Part shown: piece after piece, positions 15,757 through 24,600 of the stretch
How positions within the stretch are numbered: position 1 is the first letter of the stretch
Layout: each line of letters begins with the position of its first letter
Notes under the pieces: generated by a model
What the model was told of the DNA's origin: nothing
What the model saw: the letters and a program-made list of their open reading frames with translations, nothing else
Database searches by the model: none
Virus record (IMG/VR): IMGVR_UViG_3300049048_000052
Span: 124,001-188,000 of that record
DNA: 64,000 bases
Strand: one strand, 5' to 3'
Translations under genes and position numbers: made by a program

Positions 15757-16206
15757 ATGGCTAACGTAATCACTGCACAAACCCCCATCCGTATCACCAT
15801 TGCTACCCCCGGTCGTAATGGTAATATCAGTGGGGATATTGTATCTCGTGTAGTAATGGCAAGCGTACTGGGCTTCCCCAAAGAGGGTTTGGAAGCCCCA
15901 GTATTCCCTCAACAAGAGGTAGCATCTATCAATGGTAATGAGAAGCTGACGGCCGCTGATAAGCAGTCCCGTGTTAACGCTATCATTCTTGAGTACACTG
16001 AAGCCCAGAATGCATTCCTGCATTCTGGTGGCGTCAATGCATTGGATATGGTGCCCTCTGCTGTTGTGGATTATCTGGTAGCACATGAAGGCTTCTCTGC
16101 TAATGGTAGAGATGAAAAGCCTTATGTTCGTGCTACGGACTTGGTTGCTAACTTCGTTGAAGATGGCACCGCTGTCCAAGTTTATCCTAGCGCAACCTGG
16201 GGTTAA
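15757..16206 (+). CDS. putative ubiquitin-like (MoaD/ThiS-type beta-grasp) protein with insertion
   Basis: C-terminus VEDGTAVQVYPSATWG* matches the register of MoaD-type L.DGD.V.F.PPV.GG*; first gene of the operon containing the E1. Confidence 0.6.
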   Translation: MANVITAQTPIRITIATPGRNGNISGDIVSRVVMASVLGFPKEGLEAPVFPQQEVASINGNEKLTAADKQSRVNAIILEYTEAQNAFLHSGGVNALDMVPSAVVDYLVAHEGFSANGRDEKPYVRATDLVANFVEDGTAVQVYPSATWG

Positions 16207-16258
16207 TACCTAGGCATATTGATTTTATTGATTGTCCCTATTAGTTTGAATTAGGACA

Positions 16259-17746
16259 ATGGAAGTGGATAGAGTTAGTTACAGACAATACAGTCCTGCA
16301 CTGAGAAGATTAAACCTCAGGGATGGTAAATACTATCTGGACTATGGGTATGATGATATAGAAGTAAAGCTGCAGCCCTTATCTGAGTTAGGTAAGAAGC
16401 TACTGGGTGATAATACTTCTAGAGTTATAGATCGTAGATTACTCAATAAGTATGACTTTGATGATGGGCACTGGAGGATCAACGGTAGATTCTGTAAGAC
16501 TCCTGTGGTACCAGTCTATCTAGACTCGTTACTGAATAACTCTCACCCTCTAATGACCTTGGGTGATGATGTGGCAGGTATTGTAGAGCTAGGGGAGAAG
16601 CTCTTAGCTGACTTTCAGCCCCCTCAGATCAATAATGAGGGCTACACTAAGATACTTACTCAGGGTACACATGATAGATCAGGTCACTTCTACCCTCGTC
16701 TGACTCAGGTTACAATCAATGGCAAGGGGGGAATAGATGATAAGACTGAGGAACTCTACCGTCTTATCAGTAGTTACTTGGAGATCCTTGATGTCTCTGG
16801 AGTGGCAGTTAGGGATAGTGCTATCTACACATCCGTAGTCCATCAGAAACTTAAGGAGGCTAAGGTCACCATAAGAAACGCTAGGGATGAGCATGCTGGA
16901 GGTGGTCGCCCTGATATCCTGTTTGCGGATACGCTAAGTGTTCCCAAGCTTACGGAGGAAGAGGCAGCAAAGCTAATCATGAACGCACGTAGAGAGAATA
17001 GGTTGAGAGGTTACATAACTGATAAACCTACACTCTCTGAGTTGGAAGATAACACTGAGATGCTAGCTAAGTTCCAGGAAGCTACTAAGTCTATTAAGGG
17101 CTTAGTTATTAGCTATCTCCGTAAGCGTGATCCCATTGTATTCACCGCAGGTAGTAACTTCGGGGTTTCACCTGAGGCTTGGAATATGGATCTTGAGGAG
17201 AAGGATAGAATGGGACCCCTAACCGCTATCATAGATCATGAGGGTAATATAGGTTGGGGTAGCCCTCATAAAGAGGGTAACCGTATGATCTCCAACAATG
17301 GTCCTATTGTTCACTATATGGGCCCTAGCTGGTGTGTTAGATTCCATTATGTGAATGATGAGGGTGTTACCATCGATGTGCTTCAGGATAATGAGATATT
17401 CTGCGTCACAGGTCAGATGTATGCAGATGCTATTAGACCTTACCGGCCAGACCTGCTAGAGTTATGGCAACCAGATCCTGAGGCTATCTACTTTGTATGT
17501 AGCTACTGGTGCCAAAGAAGTGGGGCCTTTGCTAAGCATAACGGTATCCTGGACTTCTATAATGTCTTCCGTATGCGTTGGACATTGGCAGAATGGATTA
17601 CATATTCTCTAGTGCCTAAGTGTGTAAACATGGGTATTAACATACCTGGTTACAATGAGAAAGCCATGGTTGATGGACAGACTCAGTCCGCCAGACTTGC
17701 AGCTATCAAGGATTATCTAACTAAGGCTAATGCCCTTAAAAGTTAA
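16259..17746 (+). CDS. hypothetical protein in Ubl/E1 operon (E2-like C-terminus possible)
   Basis: 495 aa; Cys/Trp-rich C-terminal region; position between Ubl and E1. Confidence 0.7.
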   Translation: MEVDRVSYRQYSPALRRLNLRDGKYYLDYGYDDIEVKLQPLSELGKKLLGDNTSRVIDRRLLNKYDFDDGHWRINGRFCKTPVVPVYLDSLLNNSHPLMTLGDDVAGIVELGEKLLADFQPPQINNEGYTKILTQGTHDRSGHFYPRLTQVTINGKGGIDDKTEELYRLISSYLEILDVSGVAVRDSAIYTSVVHQKLKEAKVTIRNARDEHAGGGRPDILFADTLSVPKLTEEEAAKLIMNARRENRLRGYITDKPTLSELEDNTEMLAKFQEATKSIKGLVISYLRKRDPIVFTAGSNFGVSPEAWNMDLEEKDRMGPLTAIIDHEGNIGWGSPHKEGNRMISNNGPIVHYMGPSWCVRFHYVNDEGVTIDVLQDNEIFCVTGQMYADAIRPYRPDLLELWQPDPEAIYFVCSYWCQRSGAFAKHNGILDFYNVFRMRWTLAEWITYSLVPKCVNMGINIPGYNEKAMVDGQTQSARLAAIKDYLTKANALKS

Positions 17747-17758
17747 CTAGGAAATAGA

Positions 17759-18463
17759 ATGAATCTAATATTAGTTGGGGCTGGGCAATTGGGCTCAGCC
17801 TTTATCTTGGAATTGCTTAAACGGATATCGGCTACAGGTTTCACTGCTATCACTATACATATCTATGATGATGATATCGTAGAGGATAGGAATACCCATG
17901 TACAGTATTTCACCCCCAGGGATCGAGAGAAGCCCAAGGCTGTGGTTATGGCTGACCTGGCTGCAGAGTATGGTATAAAGGCCATCGCCCATGTTGAGCG
18001 CTTTGCCTTCCCAGATCTACAAGCTATGGAGAACGTGGTAGTGGTTGATGCTGTAGACAATGTCAGCACCAGGTATGCTCTGTGGAACTATGCGGTAACA
18101 CAGAATGTACCCCTGATGACTATGGGTAATAGCCTGAAGGGTAATGGCTTTGTCACATGGACCTGTGCTGCCTTTGATCACAACACCTGGGGCCTAGGTG
18201 CAGGTAGCTACACTGCAATCATGAATGCAATCGAGAAAGAAAAGGAACCTGAAGAGAAGGTACCCCCTTGTGAACTAACTAAGTATAGAGGTCTAGCCCT
18301 TAATACTGCGTTGGCCGCATGTGAGGCATTCCTTATCTATTGGGGTCAGGATGTCATGATTAGAATAGACCCTGAGGTATATCAAGCTGGCTTCGTCACT
18401 GAGTGGCGTATCAAGCCCGAGGGTTATGAGTTGGTTCACATTAGTTATATGGAAGGTAAGTAG
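17759..18463 (+). CDS. ThiF/E1-like adenylating enzyme
   Basis: VGAGQLGS, YDDDIVEDRN..Q, KPKA, DAVDN..TR, MGN; PPC (Cys171) candidate thioester Cys; no CxxC Zn motifs. Confidence 0.9.
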   Translation: MNLILVGAGQLGSAFILELLKRISATGFTAITIHIYDDDIVEDRNTHVQYFTPRDREKPKAVVMADLAAEYGIKAIAHVERFAFPDLQAMENVVVVDAVDNVSTRYALWNYAVTQNVPLMTMGNSLKGNGFVTWTCAAFDHNTWGLGAGSYTAIMNAIEKEKEPEEKVPPCELTKYRGLALNTALAACEAFLIYWGQDVMIRIDPEVYQAGFVTEWRIKPEGYELVHISYMEGK

Positions 18464-19798
18464 ATGGTTTATTATCAAGCAGCAGCAAGTCTAACTCCTA
18501 AACTCTATGTAGAGGTTGTAGGTGGTATCAATTGGCATATCACATCAGCCACTCAGTACCTTATCAATATTGTTAAGGAGCATATGGATTGCTTCGAGGG
18601 TATTGCTGATGGGGTAAAGTATGTTAAGGCCTTGATCCCGCCAGAAAGAGCGGCCTACACATCATCAACACCACAGGTCCTTACTTGTGGTCTAGTGGCA
18701 ACCTCAGCCTACATGAAACACAATCTGGGGATGGAAACAGATAACCATGATGAGTACTGGTACAAGACTCATCCTCTATGTGTTGCATCTGGTTTACCTC
18801 AGCAACATACGCTGAGTGTTATCCATCATCTGGTCAACCCTTATGGCCTGGGTATCTCTAAGGTATTCCATCGACGTGGAGTATCTATGAGCCCTGATGC
18901 TATTAAGTGGATGACTTATCTACCTCCTAATCCTATGGGCTATGGTAATCGTACTACTAGCAATAAGGAATATGCGGAGCTATGTGGCTTTGATCCTAAA
19001 GTTGTAGAGTCGGAGTACTCTACGGAGTTCGTGGATAAGCCTAAGGGTCCTGTTATCCTGTTCAATGCAGTGGCAGCTACTACATCCTTTGCTAGTGGAG
19101 GGGGCCACGCTAGTTATGCAGGTCCTAGAGCTAAATTCCATAGTTGGGAGATGGCCATCCGACTTGATAGACTGGAGAGGATCAACTATGCAGTTGAACC
19201 TGAGATCGTTGAGGTTGAGCCTAAGCTAAATCAAGTCCTAGATGTATGGAAGTGCTTGACCAAGGATGGTGCAACTCTTGAGAGCAAGAAGCCTCAGGGT
19301 ACTACCTTTGTTGTGCCTCCTATGCAGAAGAGTCTATTGCCTCTATTACCCTCTAATAATAGTCTTATTATCAGTAAGGGAGAGTTTGAGGACTTCAAGA
19401 GATATAATCCTAACCGGATTACGGATGATGACTATAAGGAAGTATTGAAGCATCCTGTAAATAAGGAGAGGGTAGAAAGCTTCCTTAGTATGTTGATGAA
19501 TGAAGTCGATAAACTAGGTGAGACATCTGACATTCTGGTGGCGGCGGGTGGTGTTAAACTAAAGGATCTATCTCAGAAGATAGGCGCTGTCCAATGTATC
19601 ACAGACTTGAAGAATAAGTTATGTGCTATAGCCAAGGGTGTTACTGAGCTTACCTTATCAGATATCATCTATTTCAACCGGCAGTTGGTCGAGGATAAGA
19701 CCTATGATATTATCTGGGCACTTGGTGACGAGATGCTAGATAACATGTTGGATGAATGGATTCTGAACCTGTATGGTGTTAACGACTATACTAAATGA
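18464..19798 (+). CDS. hypothetical protein in Ubl/E1 operon
   Basis: 444 aa, start abuts the E1 stop codon. Confidence 0.7.
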   Translation: MVYYQAAASLTPKLYVEVVGGINWHITSATQYLINIVKEHMDCFEGIADGVKYVKALIPPERAAYTSSTPQVLTCGLVATSAYMKHNLGMETDNHDEYWYKTHPLCVASGLPQQHTLSVIHHLVNPYGLGISKVFHRRGVSMSPDAIKWMTYLPPNPMGYGNRTTSNKEYAELCGFDPKVVESEYSTEFVDKPKGPVILFNAVAATTSFASGGGHASYAGPRAKFHSWEMAIRLDRLERINYAVEPEIVEVEPKLNQVLDVWKCLTKDGATLESKKPQGTTFVVPPMQKSLLPLLPSNNSLIISKGEFEDFKRYNPNRITDDDYKEVLKHPVNKERVESFLSMLMNEVDKLGETSDILVAAGGVKLKDLSQKIGAVQCITDLKNKLCAIAKGVTELTLSDIIYFNRQLVEDKTYDIIWALGDEMLDNMLDEWILNLYGVNDYTK

Positions 19799-19856
19799 GT
19801 ACTTTTAGTACTCTAACTATTGATTGAATTGATTTACTCTTTATTATTGGTCCAGT

Positions 19857-21968
19857 ATGGATAGAAGATATTTTGAACTGATTAAACCTAAGTACTTGAC
19901 TTGGGAGTTTCTATCTAAGTATGTGGAGGTCAAGCCTCCTTTTGGGGCTATAGGACCCATCGTATATCTAAGGACATACTCTAGGTTTGTCCCTCAAATG
20001 AGCAGGAGGGAGTTGTGGTGGGAGACCTGTATGAGGGTAACTGAATATAGTATGTCCCTATTCCCAGCTAAGCCTAGGTACCCTATGTCCTTCGAGGAGT
20101 TACAGGCAGAGGCAGAGGAACTCTTTGATAACCTATTCTGGATGAAGGTCTTTGCTGCAGGGCGTACTATGTTCACTGGAGGGGCCCAACTGAAGACTGG
20201 GGACTCTCAATTCAATTGTAGCTTTATTGCTGTTAGTGAGTTGAAGGCATTCAAGGATGCCCTGTATCTCCTGATGAATGGTTGTGGTGTTGGTTTCTCA
20301 GTTGAGAGGCAGTACACGGAGAATCTACCCAGGTTCAGACAGGACTTTAAGGTTAGACATCTGGATTATAATCCGATAGCTAGGGGAAAAAGAGAGGACA
20401 TCACTCGTCTTGAAGAGGATGATAACAACCACATAATCAAGATAGGAGATAGTAAGGAAGGCTGGTGCGATGCACTGTTTGGTTTCCTGTCTAACTTAGC
20501 AGATCTGAGCTGTTGGAAGAACTTTGTATTTATATACAACGATGTCAGACCTGAGGGTGAGAAGCTTAAGACCTTTGGTGGTAGAGCCAGTGGGCCTGCA
20601 CCCCTAAGACTAATGTTCGAGCGTATTGAACAGACCATCAAGGAAGCGCCTAAGGGTCATCTGAGACCTGTAGACGTAATGGATATCATGAATATCATTG
20701 CGGCCGCAGTAGTTGTAGGTGGTGTCCGTAGGTCCTCTGAGATTGCCTTTGGTAACCTAGATGATGTGGACTTCGTAGAGGCTAAGCTGAACCTATGGTC
20801 TGATCCAGATAAGCAAAGGTACCAGGCTACTAGAGTTCTCTCCAATAACTCTGTGGCTATATGGGAGAAACCTAGTAAGGCCCAGCTAGTAGATATATTT
20901 GAACGTATTAAGAATAATGGTGAGCCTGGCATCTCTATTGCAGGTAATGCCGCTAAGAGAAGACCTAACTATAAGGGCTCTAATCCATGTCATGAGATCC
21001 TATTGGATCATAATGGAGTATGTAATTTAACTACTATAAATATGGCTGCCTTTGTGGAGGCTGATCGTATCTTTAACTGGAAGGCCTTTGAGAGAGCGCT
21101 TTATCATGCAGTCCGTATGGGTTCCCGTATTACCAATGTTAATATGTGGGATCCTGATTGGGATTATGTTCAGAAGAGAGACCGCCTACTAGGTGTATCC
21201 CTAACTGGTCAAATGGACTGCTGGAATAAGATGGGGGTAGACTTTGATAGTACTACTGCCATCAATATACTCTCTAGTGCTAAGGCTTATGCTAGGGCAT
21301 ACGCAGATGAATACCATAATATCATGGGTATTCCTACATCCCTTCTGATTACTACTGTTAAACCAGAGGGCACGATCTCTCAGTTACCTACAGTAAGCAG
21401 TGGGGTCCATGCTAGTTATGCTCCTTATTACATTAGGAGAGTAAGGATTAGTAGTAATGATCCTGTGGCTAAAGCACTAAGGGACATGGGTCTAGAACCT
21501 CAGCCTGAGAATGGACAAGGTAAAGACCTGGATGCTCCTGACTGTTCCACCTGGGTATTCAGCTTCCCCATTAAGACTGATGCTAAGATCAGGGCCATTG
21601 ATGAGCCTGCGATCCGTCAGCTTAAGAGGTACAAGGTTATGATGGATGAGTATGTTGATCATACTTGTTCTATTACCGTTACTGTGGCCCCGGATGAATG
21701 GGATGAGGTAGTAGATTGGGTCTACGACAATTGGGAGTCCTGTGTAGGTATTGCATTCTTACCTAGGTTTGATCCTAGTGAGCCGGGTAACATGTACCCT
21801 CAGATGCCATATGAGACATGTACTGAAGAACAGTACCATGAGATGGTTAAGGCCATGGGTACCATCGATGAGGATGAGCTTGTAGCTTTGATCTCAGTCT
21901 TTGAGCAGGAGTACGAGGAGCATGAGCTTGATGCAGGCTGTGCTACTGGTATGTGTCCCGTTAGATAA
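19857..21968 (+). CDS. nrdJ: class II (B12-dependent) ribonucleoside-triphosphate reductase
   Basis: YLRTYSR, FNCSF, GCGVGF, NPCHEI, CNL, TTVKPEGTISQL, C-terminal CATGMCPVR. Confidence 0.95.
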   Translation: MDRRYFELIKPKYLTWEFLSKYVEVKPPFGAIGPIVYLRTYSRFVPQMSRRELWWETCMRVTEYSMSLFPAKPRYPMSFEELQAEAEELFDNLFWMKVFAAGRTMFTGGAQLKTGDSQFNCSFIAVSELKAFKDALYLLMNGCGVGFSVERQYTENLPRFRQDFKVRHLDYNPIARGKREDITRLEEDDNNHIIKIGDSKEGWCDALFGFLSNLADLSCWKNFVFIYNDVRPEGEKLKTFGGRASGPAPLRLMFERIEQTIKEAPKGHLRPVDVMDIMNIIAAAVVVGGVRRSSEIAFGNLDDVDFVEAKLNLWSDPDKQRYQATRVLSNNSVAIWEKPSKAQLVDIFERIKNNGEPGISIAGNAAKRRPNYKGSNPCHEILLDHNGVCNLTTINMAAFVEADRIFNWKAFERALYHAVRMGSRITNVNMWDPDWDYVQKRDRLLGVSLTGQMDCWNKMGVDFDSTTAINILSSAKAYARAYADEYHNIMGIPTSLLITTVKPEGTISQLPTVSSGVHASYAPYYIRRVRISSNDPVAKALRDMGLEPQPENGQGKDLDAPDCSTWVFSFPIKTDAKIRAIDEPAIRQLKRYKVMMDEYVDHTCSITVTVAPDEWDEVVDWVYDNWESCVGIAFLPRFDPSEPGNMYPQMPYETCTEEQYHEMVKAMGTIDEDELVALISVFEQEYEEHELDAGCATGMCPVR

Positions 21969-21972
21969 ACAA

Positions 21973-21996
21973 TAAGGGCCCCATATGGGGCCCTTA
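21973..21996. terminator. perfect palindromic stem-loop
   Basis: TAAGGGCCCCAT-ATGGGGCCCTTA. Confidence 0.7.
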
Positions 21997-22151
21997 ATAA
22001 TTAGAGGATATAAATATGAATAATGAAGAGCGTAGAACACACCTCAATAATCAGAGGGACCGTATAACTAAAAGAATGGAAGCAGCTAAGGATAACCCTG
22101 AGTTGCTAGCTATTCTAATAGAAGAGGAGAAGGGTCTCTGGAATCAGCTAT

Positions 22152-22916
22152 CTAAGCTGAAATAAAGTGAGCCCACATACCTATTGAGTCAACGCAGGTT
22201 TCTGTCATCATGTTATATGAGTACAGGACCTGCTTGCCCTTGGCTGGGTTGGAACTGTCATTCCTATCGTAGCCCCATTGGTACCACTCACCATAAGGAT
22301 CATTTACAATGAAGCCCTTGCTATTGTAACCGACCAGCGTAACTATGTGACCAGAGGAAGTAAAGTAGCCATGGACAACAACAGGGAAGCCCTTACGTAA
22401 CCATGCCTTTACCTCATCAAAGTTAGCATTATCAACGAAGGTATCCTTAAATCCGAAACCCTTAACAGCCTCAGCCAAGTGTTGAGGAGAGTGTCTAGAT
22501 AAACCATTAGACTCTACCCACATCTGAATTTCATCCTCTAACTGATCAGGGCCCGAGGCACTTAGACCTAGGTATGCCATGGCCATAGCTATAGAGGTAA
22601 CATTACAGGAGCCATATGGATACATCTTATTATCCAATTGGCTGAAGTAAGGTACATCTAGTAGTACCTCACCATTAGGTGCCTCCTTGATCTCATGGTC
22701 TACAGAGCAATGACCCATGAATACATACCAGGTATTCATATTGTTAATAAGGTTAGCAGGGTTAAGTACTACTCTATAATGACCTTTCTCAGTAGCAAGT
22801 GAATCAACAATGAAGGACTTACCTTTAACTACTGCAGCCTTCTGATCCTTAGGTAGTTCACTAGCCTGAGCATTGGATCTTTTGAACGTAGTATCAACGT
22901 TTACTATTAATTTCAT
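22152..22916 (-). CDS. C39-like cysteine peptidase with cyanobacterial-type N-terminal domain (possible endolysin)
   Basis: LDVPYFSQLDN, SCNVTSIAMA, GHIV, VNDPYG catalytic motifs. Confidence 0.85.
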   Translation of the reverse strand: MKLIVNVDTTFKRSNAQASELPKDQKAAVVKGKSFIVDSLATEKGHYRVVLNPANLINNMNTWYVFMGHCSVDHEIKEAPNGEVLLDVPYFSQLDNKMYPYGSCNVTSIAMAMAYLGLSASGPDQLEDEIQMWVESNGLSRHSPQHLAEAVKGFGFKDTFVDNANFDEVKAWLRKGFPVVVHGYFTSSGHIVTLVGYNSKGFIVNDPYGEWYQWGYDRNDSSNPAKGKQVLYSYNMMTETCVDSIGMWAHFISA

Positions 22917-22958
22917 ATGATTGGTATTGAGGAAATAACTATAACATTATACTAACTT

Positions 22959-24077
22959 ATGGACAGTGAAATAGTAAGCAAGAGGACAATATTGTTAGGC
23001 CTTGGGGGTAGTCATTCCTATGGTCTAAATGTAGAAGGTTCTGATATAGATGGTAAGGGTATATGTGTAGGGCTAAAGGAGCATTACCTAGGCTTCACTA
23101 CATTTGAACAGAAGGACGCAGGTTGGGATATAAGTAAGACGTTATGGAAGGATCATCCTATTAAGATAGGTGAGGACCTAGTTGTATATGAACTACGTAA
23201 GTACCTGCAGTTGGCTGCGGATGCTAATCCTAATATACTAGAACTCCTATGGTTGAAACCAGAGCAGTATCTATTACAGACAGAGGTAGGTGCTGAGCTG
23301 ATAAAGCATAGGCAACTGTTTATGACTAGTAAGTGTAAATGGACCTTTAGTGGTTATGCCCATAGCCAATTAAAGAAGATACAGGCTCACCGTAAGTGGT
23401 TATTGGATCCACCGGATAGGAGACCTGAGCCACAGGACTTTGGTCTTGGTCTGGGTAATAAAGATCCTATGACCAAGGAACAACTACATGCCTTCTATGA
23501 GTTTCTATATATCCTGGTTAGAGATGCTATCGAATATGCTCAACCAGCTGAGGACTTATATAACATATTAATTGCTCGTATAGATTACAAGGGTCTATTC
23601 AAACAACATCCACTATCTATAGGGGTACTGCCCTATGTACAATCCTTAACTAGATCCTCTGATGACTTTATAAGTCTACTGCATGCTAGTCAGGAGTATA
23701 GAGGAGCTCTGACCCGTTGGGATGCTTATCAGAATTGGAAGCTTAATCGTAACAAGAAGAGGGCAGCTACTGAGGCCGCTATTGGTTATGACAGCAAACA
23801 TGGTATGCATCTAGTAAGACTGTTGTCTATGGGTATTGAGATCCTAGAGACAGGGGAGCTTATAGTGGATAGAGGCATAGCTGGGGATAGAGATGATCTT
23901 ATGGCCATACGTAACTGCGAGTGGCCCTATGAGAAGCTAATGGACTATGTTAGTCTCTTAGAGCAAAGAGTAGAGGATGCGTTTAAGCAAACTAGACTTC
24001 CTAGATCCTGTGACCGAACTAAGGTCAATGAGTTGTGTATTGAGTTAGTTGAGATAATGGGTTGGTATGACTATTAG
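22959..24077 (+). CDS. Pol-beta superfamily nucleotidyltransferase (YcgL/RlaP-like)
   Basis: GSHSYGL...SDIDGKGI, NPNILELL, FSGYA..Q, GYDSKHGMHLVRLL. Confidence 0.85.
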   Translation: MDSEIVSKRTILLGLGGSHSYGLNVEGSDIDGKGICVGLKEHYLGFTTFEQKDAGWDISKTLWKDHPIKIGEDLVVYELRKYLQLAADANPNILELLWLKPEQYLLQTEVGAELIKHRQLFMTSKCKWTFSGYAHSQLKKIQAHRKWLLDPPDRRPEPQDFGLGLGNKDPMTKEQLHAFYEFLYILVRDAIEYAQPAEDLYNILIARIDYKGLFKQHPLSIGVLPYVQSLTRSSDDFISLLHASQEYRGALTRWDAYQNWKLNRNKKRAATEAAIGYDSKHGMHLVRLLSMGIEILETGELIVDRGIAGDRDDLMAIRNCEWPYEKLMDYVSLLEQRVEDAFKQTRLPRSCDRTKVNELCIELVEIMGWYDY

Positions 24078-24567
24078 GAAACTATACGGGGACATTGTCA
24101 GTCTCGCCATTGATGCTTCTACTACACATAAGATAGTGATAGCCCATCAGGTTAATTGTATCCCTATTATGGGAGCTGGATTAGCTCTGCAAATAGCGAA
24201 TGCTTTTCCTAATGTGGAGAGGGAGTATCGTCTTAAGCATGATGGTTGGAGATTAGGGGATCTACAGATCGTAACCACACATTACTACCCTAATATCTGT
24301 GTGGCTAACCTAGCAGGTCAGAGAGGTGTAAAGAGCCGTACTAATCCAGTACCCACTAATCTGAAGGCCCTTAGTTTGGCTTTGGAGGGTTTGTCTCAGT
24401 GGAGATCCTCTGATGAGGCTACTGGGTACAAGCTATTATTCCCTATTGGTATGGGTTGCGGTCATGGGGGAGAATCCTGGGAAAGGGTTCAACCTATTAT
24501 TGAGGAAAGGATGCAGCCTCATCATGAGTTCTGCTTCTTTGTTAAGAGAGACAGAAGAAGGACGTAA
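24067..24567 (+). CDS. macro domain (ADP-ribose processing) protein
   Basis: GDI...IAHQVNC..MGAGLALQI, ANLAGQ, FPIGMGCGHGG..W. Confidence 0.9.
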   Translation: MTIRKLYGDIVSLAIDASTTHKIVIAHQVNCIPIMGAGLALQIANAFPNVEREYRLKHDGWRLGDLQIVTTHYYPNICVANLAGQRGVKSRTNPVPTNLKALSLALEGLSQWRSSDEATGYKLLFPIGMGCGHGGESWERVQPIIEERMQPHHEFCFFVKRDRRRT

Positions 24568-24600
24568 TTAGGGGGCCTATAACAGGCCCTCATTAACAAT

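Noticed and set aside
17759-18463. Ordinary thiamine/molybdopterin biosynthesis ThiF/MoeB
   Set aside because: Lacks Zn-binding CxxC pairs and no pathway genes are nearby; a sulfur-relay role is not fully excluded
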